A DNA stretch of 64,000 nucleotides, taken from NCBI RefSeq assembly GCF_001447785.1, contig NW_015162102.1, positions 3,615-67,614 on the forward strand, written 5' to 3'. The notes under the pieces were generated by a model. The model searched no databases and was not told where the DNA came from. It saw only the letters and a program-made list of their open reading frames with translations. The stretch is from Gekko japonicus. Lineage: Eukaryota. Of this stretch, positions 33,532 to 45,980 are shown one piece after another. The stretch's first letter is position 1. Each line of letters starts with the position of its first letter. A program made the translations under genes and the position numbers.

Positions 33532-35933
33532 ACTGGATGTTTTAGAATGCCCTTATTCCATTATTTCTAATTATATAATCCAGTTTTTATTGGATGCATT
33601 ATACCATTTTTTATTTATATATTCGAATTGCCTTGTTTATTATATATACTGGTCTTTGTTTTACTGTGATTTGCCTTGAGTGTCAATGAGAATGGTGCAT
33701 GATAAATGACATAAAATAAAATAAAAACAATATTTTATGACTTGGAGATTTCTTAAATAAAGGATTAAGAAATAGTATCACTGTAAGACAATGGACTCCT
33801 CCTCCCTGAAATAAAACTACACAAATACATAATAGTATGCCAAATATTACAAGAATAGCTGAACTTTGTGACCTTCATGAAGGCTCAGATAAATTTGCAT
33901 ATACTTGCTTATTTTGCATAATTTACACTGTTTCTATTAGACATGGATTAGATCCAGATGGATAGACTGAGTTCAGTGGAAGGGGAGAATCTTTACTGCA
34001 AATCTACAGAACTATCAGTGAAAAGTGAAGAACTGAAACAAATATAAAAAGAAACCAAGAGAATATTTTCTCATCCCTACTATTTCACATGCTAAGGTCC
34101 AGAGTGGAGGAATATGTTTATTATTGCTCCCAGCCACTGACTAATGACAAAACATTCTGGAGCCTTCAGTAGCAACAAGTAATTAACCTGAATAATTGGA
34201 GGGGACACTAACCCTGTCTTCCAGAAATTCTTCCCTGGGCCCCGTTGAATACGATCGCTAAAGCTTTTCCCAACTGTCAATAAAAGCTGCATTCCCTTTT
34301 GAGACATCAGTGCACAATGATTGTAACTATTGTTTGTGTACAATAGGGCTACCAAGATAGCAAAGTTAGACATTTTCTTTCAAATTCGAAGACTTCTCTG
34401 GGGGAAAGGATTCTGTAAAACACATCTCAAAGAACAATGCTAAAATCTGAGAGTGAAAGTAAAAGAGAAACTTGTCTATCAACAAGAATGATCCAATAGA
34501 TCACGGTCTTATCAAAGAATTTAGTCAAATTTCTTGAGAATTCAGCAACACTGATAAAACATGGAGAGAACTGAGAACAATTAATACAGGTAAGCACCTA
34601 ACGTCATTGCAGTTTATTTCCTAGTTTCTCTTTTAGAAATTCATGAAAACATGGCCCCTTTATTATGTATTTTGATGTATTTTGTAAGATAATAATGTCT
34701 AGCACAGCTCAATTATGGATTCCAATATGGAAGATACAATGAAGTAGTGATACTTTCAAAAACAGCAAAGTACCAAATTACCAACTGCAACCGCCTTTTA
34801 AATTCAGGCAATAAAGGTTTAAAAATCAGGTGGTAAATAATAACCCATGAATTAAATCAATGGCAGAGTTACTTTACTTGTAAAATTTGTTTTTAATGTT
34901 CACATTTCAATTTTTCTTACAATCCCCCACATCCTGAAAAAAATGAACAAATACTGAGACAGAACAAGATCAAAGAAATGGCAATAGAAGTTGCAAAAAC
35001 CACAGTAGCGGGATACCTTTTTATTAGAACCATCCCCTAAAGGTGAAACCAAAAAGGCAATAAAATCAGTTGACAAATACTGAGCATAAATCTCCTGCTT
35101 CTACCCTGCCCAACATCCCTCTATTTTTATTAAACCATTGAAACAGAGAGCAAAGTGTAGTATTTCAGCCTGACAAGTCAATCTTGGGGAACAATTAAGT
35201 GCCACAAAGAACTATGGTGAAATTTGTTAAATTATTTAGGATGGACATAACATTTGCCTGGTTACTTAACAGCTGCAACGTGTTACTACAATATTAATTT
35301 GGCTTTGTGCTTTTCCTGAGTTTAGTTGACATTTAGACCTCTTAGTGTGGTGCATCTCAGTAGGAAACAATTATACTCACAGGGTCCTTTGATGACTACC
35401 AAATAGTGCTGGCTACACGGGGAGAGTTGAATGGGAAGAATAGAAATCCTTTGTAGAGGTGCAAGTAATGTTCCCTTAGAACTCAAAACATACCTTCTAC
35501 CATGTTCCTTGGTTTGTATTAAGTTTGTTAAGCCTGCTGAAATCATCGACTTTTATTGATAAATCATCTGCCATAGTCTCCTTGCACCAGAGGAAAGCAC
35601 TACTATTAGTGGAAAGGATCTGTAGGATATGATCCATATTCCTGAGACATGGAGCATTGGAAGATAATGAAGTATTGTGTCAATCTAATTGTTATACGAT
35701 TTCCCATGAATAGTCTGAAATTTGCTGAGAAGCATATGTCAGTCGTATTCATACCTACATCTGCATATTGAGTATCATCTGCCTATTGGTGACACTGCAG
35801 CCCAAACCTCATGACAGCCTCTTCCAAAATACTGTTGACTGCTTGTTTGTCAGTGTGATATTTATAATGTTTACTTATTGGTTAACCTCATATTCTTAAA
35901 ACAAAAGTTAGTGCTAACATGAAAAGCGATTTG

Positions 35934-36780
35934 TTATTCAACATTTTTACAGTTCTTCTGACACTTGCAGAAAAGAGAACAATAGTCCAGCCTTCTTGCA
36001 CCTGCATGCATTAAATCTGCAAGGTTTCCAGCTACACAATGACAGTTATTGTATTCACACTTACATCTGCTTATTGGGTATCATCCACATATTGGTGACA
36101 CTGAAGCCCCAACCTCCTGATAACCTCTTCCAAAATAACCCTCAGTATGATTCTGAGACACTTTACTGGTGTAAACTGCCCATCCACCTCCTCCCAGCCA
36201 TTGTCCACAGGGTTCAGCATTGATTGGTTAGGAGGGAGGAGTGTTTCTCTGTGATGACTAGAAATGCCTGTTGAATATGTTCTCTGGTTGAGTTTGAAGT
36301 TGGTGGGAGAATATCCAGCGATCTGGTCAGCTCATCAAACGGGTCCACATCAGTATTCCTGGACCATACTCTGAAGAGGGACTTCTCCATGCTTGAAATT
36401 TCGCCCTGTGACAGACTGTCAGTTTCACCAAATTTTTCAAGAATCTTAAGAGGCTCTGCTGTCATTGCTGCCGATTTGGTCCCAACCACACTTAAAACAT
36501 GATAACCCGTTAGAATGTGGCACTTTACAATAATGCTGCATACTTCTGGTCCAAGCTTGGAAAGAAGATGATGTAAAGGAATGAAATGTTGTTTTTCTCC
36601 AGTCCCAAATCGACCCAAAGCTTATCTAAACCTTTGCTATGGAAGGTGGACATGTACCTCAGCAGTAGCACCAACACATCTTTATAATTTGATAATATTG
36701 CCACATGCTTTGCACAATGCTTGATTGCCCTGTTTGCAATGATCAGCCTCCTCATTATTGCTGTTGATTTCCTTAACCGC
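35934..36780 (-). pseudogene. AcademX-type DNA transposon protein relic: XPG/FEN1-like nuclease (C-terminal half) + Cys8 zinc finger
   Basis: Across frameshifts: EINSNNEEAD, AILSNYKDVLVLLL, GLDKLWV/RFGTGEKQHFIPLH, HILTGYHVLS, LPPTSNSTREHIQQA, NPVDNGWEEVDG, then NCHC..CRFNACRCKKAGL/CSLFCKCQKNCKN. Confidence 0.72.
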
Positions 36781-36782
36781 TA

Positions 36783-37070
36783 ATTAGTTACGTCTAGCTC
36801 TTCGACAGTTGCATAGAACTCTCTGTCAAGGAAGATGAAAGTCTTCAAGGAGCATGCAACACTGGGATTGTGGAGTTAGCAAATATATGTCCTGAACTCC
36901 TGTTCAGATGAGCAAGTACTAAACATATTCTCAAGAGAAAACCAACCTGAAACATCTTGCCCACCAAATGATTTCCAAGCAATCTGAAGAGGCACACATT
37001 ATTGGATGTGGAACTGTCACTGATGGCAAAGTTATCACTGCAGCACTACACTTGAATAATGAGAAGACTG
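36783..37070 (+). pseudogene. Inverted upstream segment of the same AcademX-type nuclease
   Basis: LFDSCIELSVKEDESLQGA (VFD..SIK..ER motif) and PVQMSKY*TYSQEKTNLKHLA..IIGCGTVTDG..NNEKTE. This joins conceptually to VKEINSNNEEAD on the minus strand. Confidence 0.62.
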
Positions 37071-37835
37071 AGGTTCCAAGGATGCTGCTGGTGTTCTGAA
37101 CTGGTGCTTGGAATCAGTAATGGGTTGCACAAGGGTGAACAAGCTGAAACGTAATCCTGACCAGACAGAGGTACTCTGTGTATGTAGAAAGGCAGACTAG
37201 AGACTTCAGATTTCTCCTGTATTGAATGGGGTTATACTCCCCTTGAAAAGTCAGGTTTGCAGCTTGGGAGTACTACTTGACATGGTGGTCACCTTAGAAA
37301 ATTGGTGGCCGCAGTGGTCTGGAGTGCTTTTGTCCAGCTTTGGCTGGTATGTCAGCTCCATCCATTCCTGGGTCACTCAGATCTAGCCATGGTGATCCAT
37401 GCCTTACTTACATCTATACTGGAGTACTGCAATGTACTGTACTTAGGGCTACCCTTGAAGAGTGTTCAGAGGCTGCAGCTAGTGAAGTACACTGAGTCTA
37501 GATTGCTGGTCAGGGCTAGCTGTCGGGAGGATGCGACCACAATATTACAACAATTAACCTGGCTACTGATCTTCTCCCGAGCCCAATTTAAGGTGTTTTT
37601 GACCTTCAAAGCCAAAACCAGGGTATTTAAAACATCATCTTCTCCCATATGTGCCTGCCTGGGAATTAAGATCACAGGGAGAGGCCCTCCTGACTGTCCG
37701 ATCAAAGGAGCTCATTTGGTGAGTACTCAAGAAAGGGTCTCTTCAGTGGCAGCCCCACAATCATAGAACAACCTCCCCAGGGAGGTGTATCAGGCCCCCT
37801 CACTTTTGATCTTTAGGAGGCAGCTGAAGGCAGTC
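37071..37835 (+). mobile_element. L2 LINE 3' part
   Basis: NKLKRNPDQTE and QLWLVCQLHPFL..IHALLTSILEYCNVLYLGLP..LQLV. Confidence 0.85.
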
Positions 37836-38614
37836 CATAAGACTCTAAAGTTAGAAAAAAGGACATATGCATTCCCTTTTTTCATCCGCTTGACAATCAC
37901 AAACCAGCCTTGACAAATTCCAGTAAGTTTAATATATTACTGCTGTAAGACCAACATATATTAACTGTGTACATTCAAGCATCATGCCGACACCAGGACC
38001 ATGGGGTTTTCAAGGGAACAGATGAGCAGAGGTGGTGTGTAAAACCAGCACAACTAGTAAAATATTTTAATACACGTGGCAGATTTTCGTAATGCATTTC
38101 CCACAGTAATCTCACCGATGCTACTGGGATGACTCTCAACTGATGTCAGTGTCAAGATGTCAGTATTCAATGGACCTGAGCATTTAGTAGATGTAATCAC
38201 TGAATAAGAAAGGAGTATTGGCAAAATAAAGCAAAAAAGAGAGAGAGCTTTCCGGATTTTTAAAAACAGCTTTCAGTTTGCTCAGAGCAATGTATTCCTT
38301 TTACAAGATTAAATGTAAGCAGCCACAACACAAAGTACAAATTTCTCTCTCAATCCTTGATTAGTCTCATTAGTTTTCTTGTAGCTTACAGCATGCAAAA
38401 CCTACTTTGCATCACATTATGTGTTCTGAAACAACAACACTTTAATCACACTGGGTATTAACAAAACAATCCTTCCTGAACAGCATGTCTTTAATTATTC
38501 CCTTGACTCTTAATCTATCATATGAAGACAAAAAAAGAAGGAGGAACTTCAACTTTTCTTCGCCAGAGCTTTGGCTGTAGATATTAGGAGAGCTTTCACA
38601 GATCTCTTTTCATC

Positions 38615-38750
38615 TGTGTCAGACTACAGTCTGGGAGTGACCCAGGTTCAAATCTCCACTCTGCCATGATAGGTCGCTGGGTGACTTTGGGTCAGTCACA
38701 TTCTCTCAGCCTAGCCTACTTCACAAGGTTGTTGAGGGGATACAACAGAG
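38615..38750 (+). mobile_element. MIR/Ther1-like SINE fragment
   Basis: CCCAGGTTCAAATCTCCACTCTGCCATG..GGGTGACTTTGGGTCAGTCAC. Confidence 0.65.
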
Positions 38751-39035
38751 GAAGAAGAAGAAGAGAAGAGATTGGATTTATACCCCGCCCTTCACACGGG
38801 GAGTCTCAGAGCGGCTTACAAACTCCTTTCCCTTCCCCTCCCCACAACAGACACCCTGTGAGGTGGGTGGGGCTGAGAGAACTCTGACACAAACTGCTCT
38901 TTTTCAAGGACAGCTGTGCCAGAGCTTGTGACTGACCCAAGGTCACATCAGCAGGTACAAGTGGAGGAGTGGGGAATCAAACCCGGTTCTCCCAGATTAG
39001 AGTCCGCACACTTAACCACTACACCAAACTGGCTC
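38751..39035 (-). mobile_element. Squam3-type SINE, full length
   Basis: tRNA-like head GAGCCAGTTTGGTGTAGTGGTTAAG, B box GGTTTGATTCC, (TTC)n tail. Confidence 0.9.
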
Positions 39036-39039
39036 AAAC

Positions 39040-39700
39040 ACATTGAACCTGATCTGGTATTCAACCTGAAGCCAGTGCAGCTGGTGGAGCACCAGTTGAA
39101 TGTGGGCTCTGAACAAAGTCCTCATGAGACCATGTGCCATCACATTCTGGACCAGTTGCAATTTCTGGGTCAGCCTCAAGAGTAGCCTGGCGTAGAGCAG
39201 GTTACAGTAGTCTACTCTGGAGGTGACCATTGTATGATTCACTGTGGCTGTGTCAGGGCAAGATGGGAAGGGAACCAATTGTGTGACCTGGCGCAGATGG
39301 AAAAATGCTAGTCTGGCCACATTTGTGACCCGGGCTTCCACAGAAAGGGAGGCATCCAGAATCACACCCAGGCTTCTGATGGTTGGCACTGGTGTTAAAG
39401 GCACATCGCCAAGAGCGGGGAGTTGGCAACCTAACCCCAAATTTCCCCGGCCCAGCCACAGAATCTCAGATGGATTTAATTTCAGCCGGCTTTGTTTCAA
39501 CCAACCAACCACAGCCTCCAAACCCTTGGCCAAAATATCCTGGGCAGTATTCAGCTGGCCATCAACAGATACAGCTGGGCTTCTTGATCGGCTATCAAAG
39601 AGAGAGGGGAACTTCATCTGTGTTATGGAGAAATAAAACAATGACTACAGGCATAAAAGTACCAAGCAGGATGTGGTCAGATAAAGAACGGTCACATATT
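39040..39700 (-). mobile_element. L2 LINE fragment
   Basis: WLKQSRLKLNPSE..RSLGVILD..AFFHLRQ..TSRVDYCN..KLQLVQN. Confidence 0.88.
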
Positions 39701-39706
39701 TTGATT

Positions 39707-40052
39707 AGAATAAGTTAATCTGAATAACACGATGAAGATACAAAGAGAAACAGACAGCAATACTAGCACAACAGAGTTTACAGGGATTTGGGTGCCATGT
39801 ATGAATGGTACAAAATTGAAAACAAAGCTCCCAAGTGCTCCAGAATTTTAGAAATAATGCTCTTACTATATTTATGCATGATCGTGTGGATCAGTCTGGA
39901 TTAGGGAATTTACAACTGGAAAGCATATTCACCTCAATTCATTTTAATTTAGTACCTGAGAAGCATGAGATGTACTTAAGCATTTAGGTTACTAGTCTTG
40001 TTCACAAGTTACAGTGACTGCACAAACAATCCATGTACACTTGATTGTTCTT
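39707..40052 (+). repeat. About 345-bp dispersed duplication of 41375-41702
   Basis: AGAATAAGTTAATCTGAATAACAC...CACTTGATTGTTCTT is highly similar at both loci, with an indel of about 18 bp. Confidence 0.92.
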
Positions 40053-40059
40053 GGTTCTT

Positions 40060-40490
40060 TTGTGCCACTGCATTTTTGTCACAGCTTGGTTGGGTGGTTT
40101 GGGAATTGGACAAGATGCTTTTGTGGGGGAGGCTTTGGGGACTCCGCAACAGGTCTTGGGGTGGAGCCATTCAGTGACATGCCCAGCTTGGGGACTGTTG
40201 GCTGACTCTCACCATCAGGTGACAGAAGAACCATGCAGCAGCTAACACCCAGGTGGAACCTGGGGTTTGCCACTCCACAGTTCCCCTCCCAGCAGGTGGG
40301 TTGGAATGGTGGGGTATATCGGACAGCAAGCAGGTCACTTGATACAGCATCCACCCCTATGCTGCATCAATGCACTTGCAGTTATATTTAGTAAAAGCTG
40401 TGGCCAATTTTCCCCCAGACTGGTTTGTGTCACTATCCTTTCTTCCTCGCCTCCATTTCCTTCCTTGTCCCTGGTCCGCAAAGATTGAAC
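40060..40490 (+). mobile_element. Probable Ngaro 3'-terminal region
   Basis: Similar to 8600-8735 (GGTCTTGGGG(G)TGGAGC, TTGGG.ATTGG). Contains TAAAAGCTGTGGCCAATTTT. Confidence 0.45.
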
Positions 40491-42373
40491 TGTCAGCAAA
40501 AAGTTTAGGTAGAAGGTGTCCCTTTAGATATCCTGGTTCAAGACCATCTTGTGAATTGAACTTGTAGACAGGTGATGCAGCCAGTGAAGATTTTTAAAGA
40601 CTGGCTGGCAGCAGATATTCCCTTTGCCAGCAGCAAAAATGACAACTGGATTGGAATGACGACCTTGGCTTCTCCTCATGAACTTACAATATTTTATTAT
40701 GTTTATTATTATGAGTAAAAAAATATACATTCTGAAACCCTCCATAATCCTCAGTGACCATCTTCTACATTGATCCCGGAAGTGTCTGTTGTAATTCAGT
40801 CAGATATGAGGTGGTTCTGCTTTGACATTCCTCCATCCCATTTTATATCCAGGTAAACAGAATTCCTGCCACGGCTGTGCCGAATCCTGCTACAACAATA
40901 ACCAGTTCACTTGCATTATGCTCACAACAGGATTAGGCATCAAGAAGTATCCAAGCATAGGGACCATAGCAAAGATATCGATTACACAGTCTTCTTGCTC
41001 AGCATTAAATCTTAATCACAGAAATAGAGCGTGTGAGTCTTTACTCCTTATGTTGATTATGTTTTTATAGAAATTTGGGAAAGATGCCTTCTCATGGGCC
41101 CTCAGAATGTTGTTGCATATAATTGATAGCTTATTTTGTACAAGTAGTGAGTACTTTGTTGTTAAAGTCTGATAAAATACTAATTATAAAGACAGAAAGA
41201 GCGAGCAGACGTTAATAAAACGGACAGGGCCTGAGAGTTTGGGCTTACTGTAGAAAATACTTTGACTAGATCATTGCCAGCACATAAAAGGACAATAGGA
41301 TACTGAAACAGATTGAAACAGGACACTGAAAAAGGACATTGCAAATCGAAAAGCTGGAACGAAAGGCCACATGGAGAATAAGTTAATCTGAATAACACAA
41401 TGAAAATACAAAGAGAAACCACAGAGTTTACAGGGATTTGGGTGCCATGTATGAATGGTACAAAATTGTAAACAAAGCTCCCAAGTGCTCCAGAATTTTA
41501 GAAATAATGCTCTTACTATATTTATGAATGATCGTGTGGATCAGTCTGGATTAGGGAATTTACAACTGGAAAGCATATTCACCTCAATTCATTTTAATAT
41601 AGTACCTGAGAAGCATGAGACGTACTTAAGCATTTAGGTTACTAGTCTTGTTCACAAGTTACAGCAACTGCACAAACAATCCACGTACACTTGATTGTTC
41701 TTTCTATGAGTAAAACCTAATATTACAGTCAATGCATATATAGACTTGAACTATGACACAAACCCCACATTTATCTAGGTACTAGTCCCCAAGTTTAATT
41801 CATAGTGAATGCATACTGGCTCTTGCCTATAAGCAGATGTATGGACATAAAAGCGGTATGTATGTGCCCTCAATGCAACATGTGAATAGTGCCAGTTTTA
41901 TCCTGTTATGAGACATGTAGATGTCTGACTGTATTCTCAACCCTTCACAGATGTAACCGGCTAGCTAGGATGAGTTGGCTAAGTGGGTCCAGCAAATGAT
42001 AAAGGCCTGAGAGAAGGTGCAGTTTTGGCAGGTTTGAAAGAAGTGTTTCTGAGAAATCTTCTGAAGAAGATATTCCTGGAGCCAAATGAACTATATAGTT
42101 ACTGCTTGGTGGCTAAGGAAACTGGGGAAGTAAAGACAGTTAAAACAGAAAGAACAGCTCCGCAAGAGGATTTAAATTGATCAGCAATCTGAACACACCT
42201 CTCTGAACAAGAACAAGCTTCATCTGTTACTGGCAGGTGCCAGGTGATGGGTGCCAAAGACATTCCATGATTGAGGTACCACAATAGAAAGCTCCTGTCT
42301 ACCTCACCTCTGCAGCTGAGAGCACACAGAGGGTCTGGTCACACGGACCTCTTACTGCGGGCTTTTCGATTTA

Positions 42374-42800
42374 AAAAAGAGACAACTAGGGGGAGACATG
42401 ACAAAGGTTTATAGAACTAACCATGGGTGGGGAGAGTTGACAAAATACTAGAACTCGAGGGCATCCAATGAAGCTGATAGCTGAGGATGGATAAAAGTGA
42501 ATTCACTGCCAGAGAATGTAGTGATTGCCACAGGAATAAACAACTTTAAAGGGGGATTACATAGATTCATGGAGAATAAGTCTATGAATGGCTACTAGCT
42601 ATAGTAACTAAGGGGAATCTCCACATTCGGAGGCACTAAGTCTCTGAATCCCAGAGCCAGGAAGCAACATCAGGGGAAGGCCTTAGCCTCTATGCCCTGT
42701 TGTTGGCCATCCAGAGGAAGTGGTTAGCCACTGTGTGAGACAGGATGCAGGACTAGATGGACTACTGGTCTGATCCAGCATGGCTCTTCCTATGTTCTTT
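42374..42800 (+). mobile_element. CR1 3' fragment, older
   Basis: KRQLGGDM..TRGHPMKL and 3' UTR ending TCCTATGTTCTT. Confidence 0.85.
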
Positions 42801-42907
42801 AAACATGAACTGAATATCAATTAGAAGAAACTGTGATGTATTTGTGCAAATCTCAGTTTAATCACATTTTAGATATCAAGTAATGTGCTCCTAGCAAGAC
42901 TGCACAT

Positions 42908-43114
42908 CAATGCTCCCTCTAAGCTGTGGTGTCTTGTGAGCAAAAATTCAGCGTTGTAAGCTACTGGCATTAAAGCTGTGAGCAGGCGATTTGGGTACTG
43001 CATAGATTAGTTTGCTCTGGTGCTATCCCTTCCTGAGCTAAGGCAAAAATGTGTGAGCCGGAGGCTAAAAAACTGTGAGCTAGCTCACACTAACTCAGCT
43101 TAGAGGGAACCCTG
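42908..43114 (-). mobile_element. hAT MITE (CAGTGTTCCCTCTAAG family)
   Basis: TIRs CAATGCTCCCTCTAAG / CTTAGAGGGAACCCTG, TSD CTGCACAT/TTGCACAT. Reverse complement of 49321-49526. Confidence 0.85.
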
Positions 43115-43229
43115 TTGCACATAGGTTTTCAATATCATTCACTTATATTTTATATGGAGAAAGGAAAAAGGTAATAGATGAATATGAAGCTGAATGCAAT
43201 AAATTATTCACTTCATATTATTTTTAATT

Positions 43230-43452
43230 CATTTATACTCTACCTTTCTCCCCAATGGCAACCCAAAGCAGACTACAGCATTCTCATCTTCTCAATTTTA
43301 TCCTCACAACAACCCTGTGAGGTAGGTTAGTTTGAAAGCATGTGACTGGTCCGAAGTCACTCAGCAAACTTACATGGCCAAATGGGGTTTTTCAGACCAG
43401 GGTCTCCCAGATCCTAGTCTGGCACTCCAATCACTATACCACACTGGGTCTC
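43230..43452 (-). mobile_element. MIR/Ther1-like SINE
   Basis: TTTATCCTCACAACAACCCTGTGAGGTAGG core and a tRNA head CCAGTGTGGTATAGTGATTGG on the minus strand. Confidence 0.8.
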
Positions 43453-43961
43453 CAAAATATAAATATCATCACAGACGTTTGTACCAAGACCAAATTTGCA
43501 AATGAACTGTTTTATCCAGAAGAGCAGCAGCAATGCAGTGATAAACTTTTAAGAGATTTCCATGAAACAAATATTGCTTCTATGCGTAAAACAGCCATCA
43601 GACCATGTTCATGGATAAAGAAAGACTGAAGGATGCAGAAATTAAACAAGGAAGAAGTAATGAGATTACTTTTACCAGGGCGTGTCTTTTTGTTGCTGCT
43701 GCAGATTGACCATCAACATTCATTCAATTTTTAGCAAGACGTAAACCAGACTGCTCTTCTCTCAAGTTACCTTAAGCCAACTGGCTTGAATGAAACCGAG
43801 TAAGTGTTATGAGCACAGTGGTGTTCATGTCACAACATTCTGCCTGAACACAGTGGTTAAAGAACTCCAGGTTAATAGCAGAGGATTTCATCGCAATGAA
43901 AGCAGTTTGCCACATATTAAAATGTAGGTTCCCTGATCCTTATTAAATCTATTCATTTAGA

Positions 43962-44257
43962 CAGGGGTCTTGTTGTAGAAAAAGAGCTGCCGGAGCTCAT
44001 TAGCATAACTCATTAGTATAACTTATTTGCATATGCCACGCCCCCTGACATCACCGGAAGTGACAGAAGGCCACACCCCCTGACATCACCGGAAGTGTGT
44101 CAGAAGGCCCGGCTACTTACCCTCCTGCTTCATCCTCATTCCCAAACGGAATGAGGATCGAAGCAGAGGGCGGGGCAAAGAAGGGGCGGGGCTTCACCAC
44201 GTGACCGCCCCGCCCCCTAGAGGTTCTCTTCCGGAGCTCCCCCCGACTAGAGCCCTG
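43962..44257 (+). mobile_element. hAT MITE (CAGGGG family), copy 2
   Basis: CAGGGGTCT...AGAGCCCTG, 8-bp TSD CATTTAGA, same left subterminal block as 4211. Confidence 0.88.
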
Positions 44258-45290
44258 CATTTAGACAATTTTTTTACATATAGTTTTCTCCAAATGCTTT
44301 ACATACATTATCAGTGGGCCTGAGCACAAAGCCATGTTTGAGTTCTACATTAGGCAGCTCACCACTAATCTACAATATCACATAGAAATGCTATCCCACA
44401 TAGAAGTAAATAAGAAAACTTGCTCTTTCATGTGGACTGGAACAGGGAAATACACTAAAAGTGGCCTTACCCTTATTAGAGGCATAGTTTAACATAATTT
44501 CCTTAGGTTGCAGGAAAAGCCTTCTTCCTTCAGCACAAAACTCCTCCTCAGCCAAAAACATTTATTTCCTACAAATTCCAAGTCCGCCCCAAAAAGCACT
44601 GAAATTTGGAGCTTGCTCCTTGAAAAGTGTACTTGGAAATGGACAGCATCGATTTCACTGAGTCCTCTCCAAACAAAGGAGTGGGTAGGGGGCAGACAGG
44701 CAGAGTGCCTGGGGGTGGATGGATGGGAGGGAAGAGGGATGGGGAAGGAGAAGCTGCTGCCACCCCTCCCATGGCACAAGCTGGGTGGGCGGGAGAGGAG
44801 CTACTGCCATCGCCCCCAACCACTTGAGGCAGGCAGGGGAGGGGAAGCAGCTGTAGGTGGTGATGGTGGCGCTTCAACCAAGTGGGCTGGCTAGTGAGTG
44901 GCCAGCACACAAACTGAGGGTTGGGGGAAGGGTGGGCGGACAGAGTGGCAAGGAGAGGACAGACTGAGGAAACTGTGGAGGGCAAGGGGGAGGGGGGTCA
45001 GAGTTGGGAGGAAAAGTAGTAGAAAGATGGGAGGAGGAGCAGGCAGTGGGAGTATGGGGTAGAAAAAGGTGGCTGGAGACGGGCGTCAGAAGCCAGGGAA
45101 CAAAGCAGGGAACAGTGAGAAAATTCCCCTACTTGTAGGGTTCTAGATTTCCACAAGCCATAGGATTTTTTTGTCTTTTGTGACACACTAGGGGGTCTCA
45201 GAAGTCACTCACTAGTATGCCCTGGTACATACTTGAGAATGGCAGTTTAGATTTCTGGGATGCAAACATCAACCTTCTAAAATACATTAA

Positions 45291-45980
45291 GGTTGCGGTC
45301 AGACGGCCTGCCGGGAGCGGTTTAAACTGTTCTGGTTCCAAGTGGATTAATTTGATCCGGGGCAAGCGCGGTCACACTCACCTCCCTCACCACGCAACAC
45401 ATTGCTCCCAGGTGTCCACACTAGGTGCGCAGCAGCACGCATTGGCGTTTTTTTGTTTGTTATTATTTTACATTTTGCGCATGCGCATAGGCAGCCATCC
45501 ACAGAATTGAGATCTTCACGCAGGCGTAGAACACCCTGTCCCGAAAAGCATGCTCTGAGCCTCCAGGAAGCATTGGCCTGACTTACCAGGAGGCCACATC
45601 TGCGGCCTGGGGCCAGTAGTGATCTGAGGCAGGCCTTTTGCTGACTGCAGCCTGGCGGCATGGAGCTCAGGGGCAGGGTCTCTGCGGCAGCCCAAGGCCA
45701 GCCAGTCACCTCTTTGCCTGGCTGGCCTGGGAAAGGCAGAACTCCAGGCAGGCCTGGACCCCGGGGTTCTCATTCTGGTCTGCGATCACACGGGGAAAAT
45801 GCGGCTGGAACCGGAGCCCTCAGGAAAACACCATTTGGGGACCTAGTAGCAAACTACACCGGTTTAGAGAGTGTTCGGGACGGTTGGCGACAGCTCGGGA
45901 CGGGAGGCAGATGTTGCCTGTGTGATCGCGCTACAAAACTGGCATCTATACCGGCTTAAATGGCCCGTGTGATCGCACCC
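45291..45980. mobile_element. PIF/Harbinger MITE
   Basis: TIRs GGTTGCGGTCAGACGG / CCGTGTGATCGCACCC, TAA TSD, internal TIR-like copies, CpG-rich. Confidence 0.82.

Noticed and set aside
44490-45147. Possible Helitron (hairpin CCCTACTTGTAGGG then CTAG)
   Set aside because: CTAG is followed by A rather than T, the hairpin spacing is atypical and no 5' TC end was identified.
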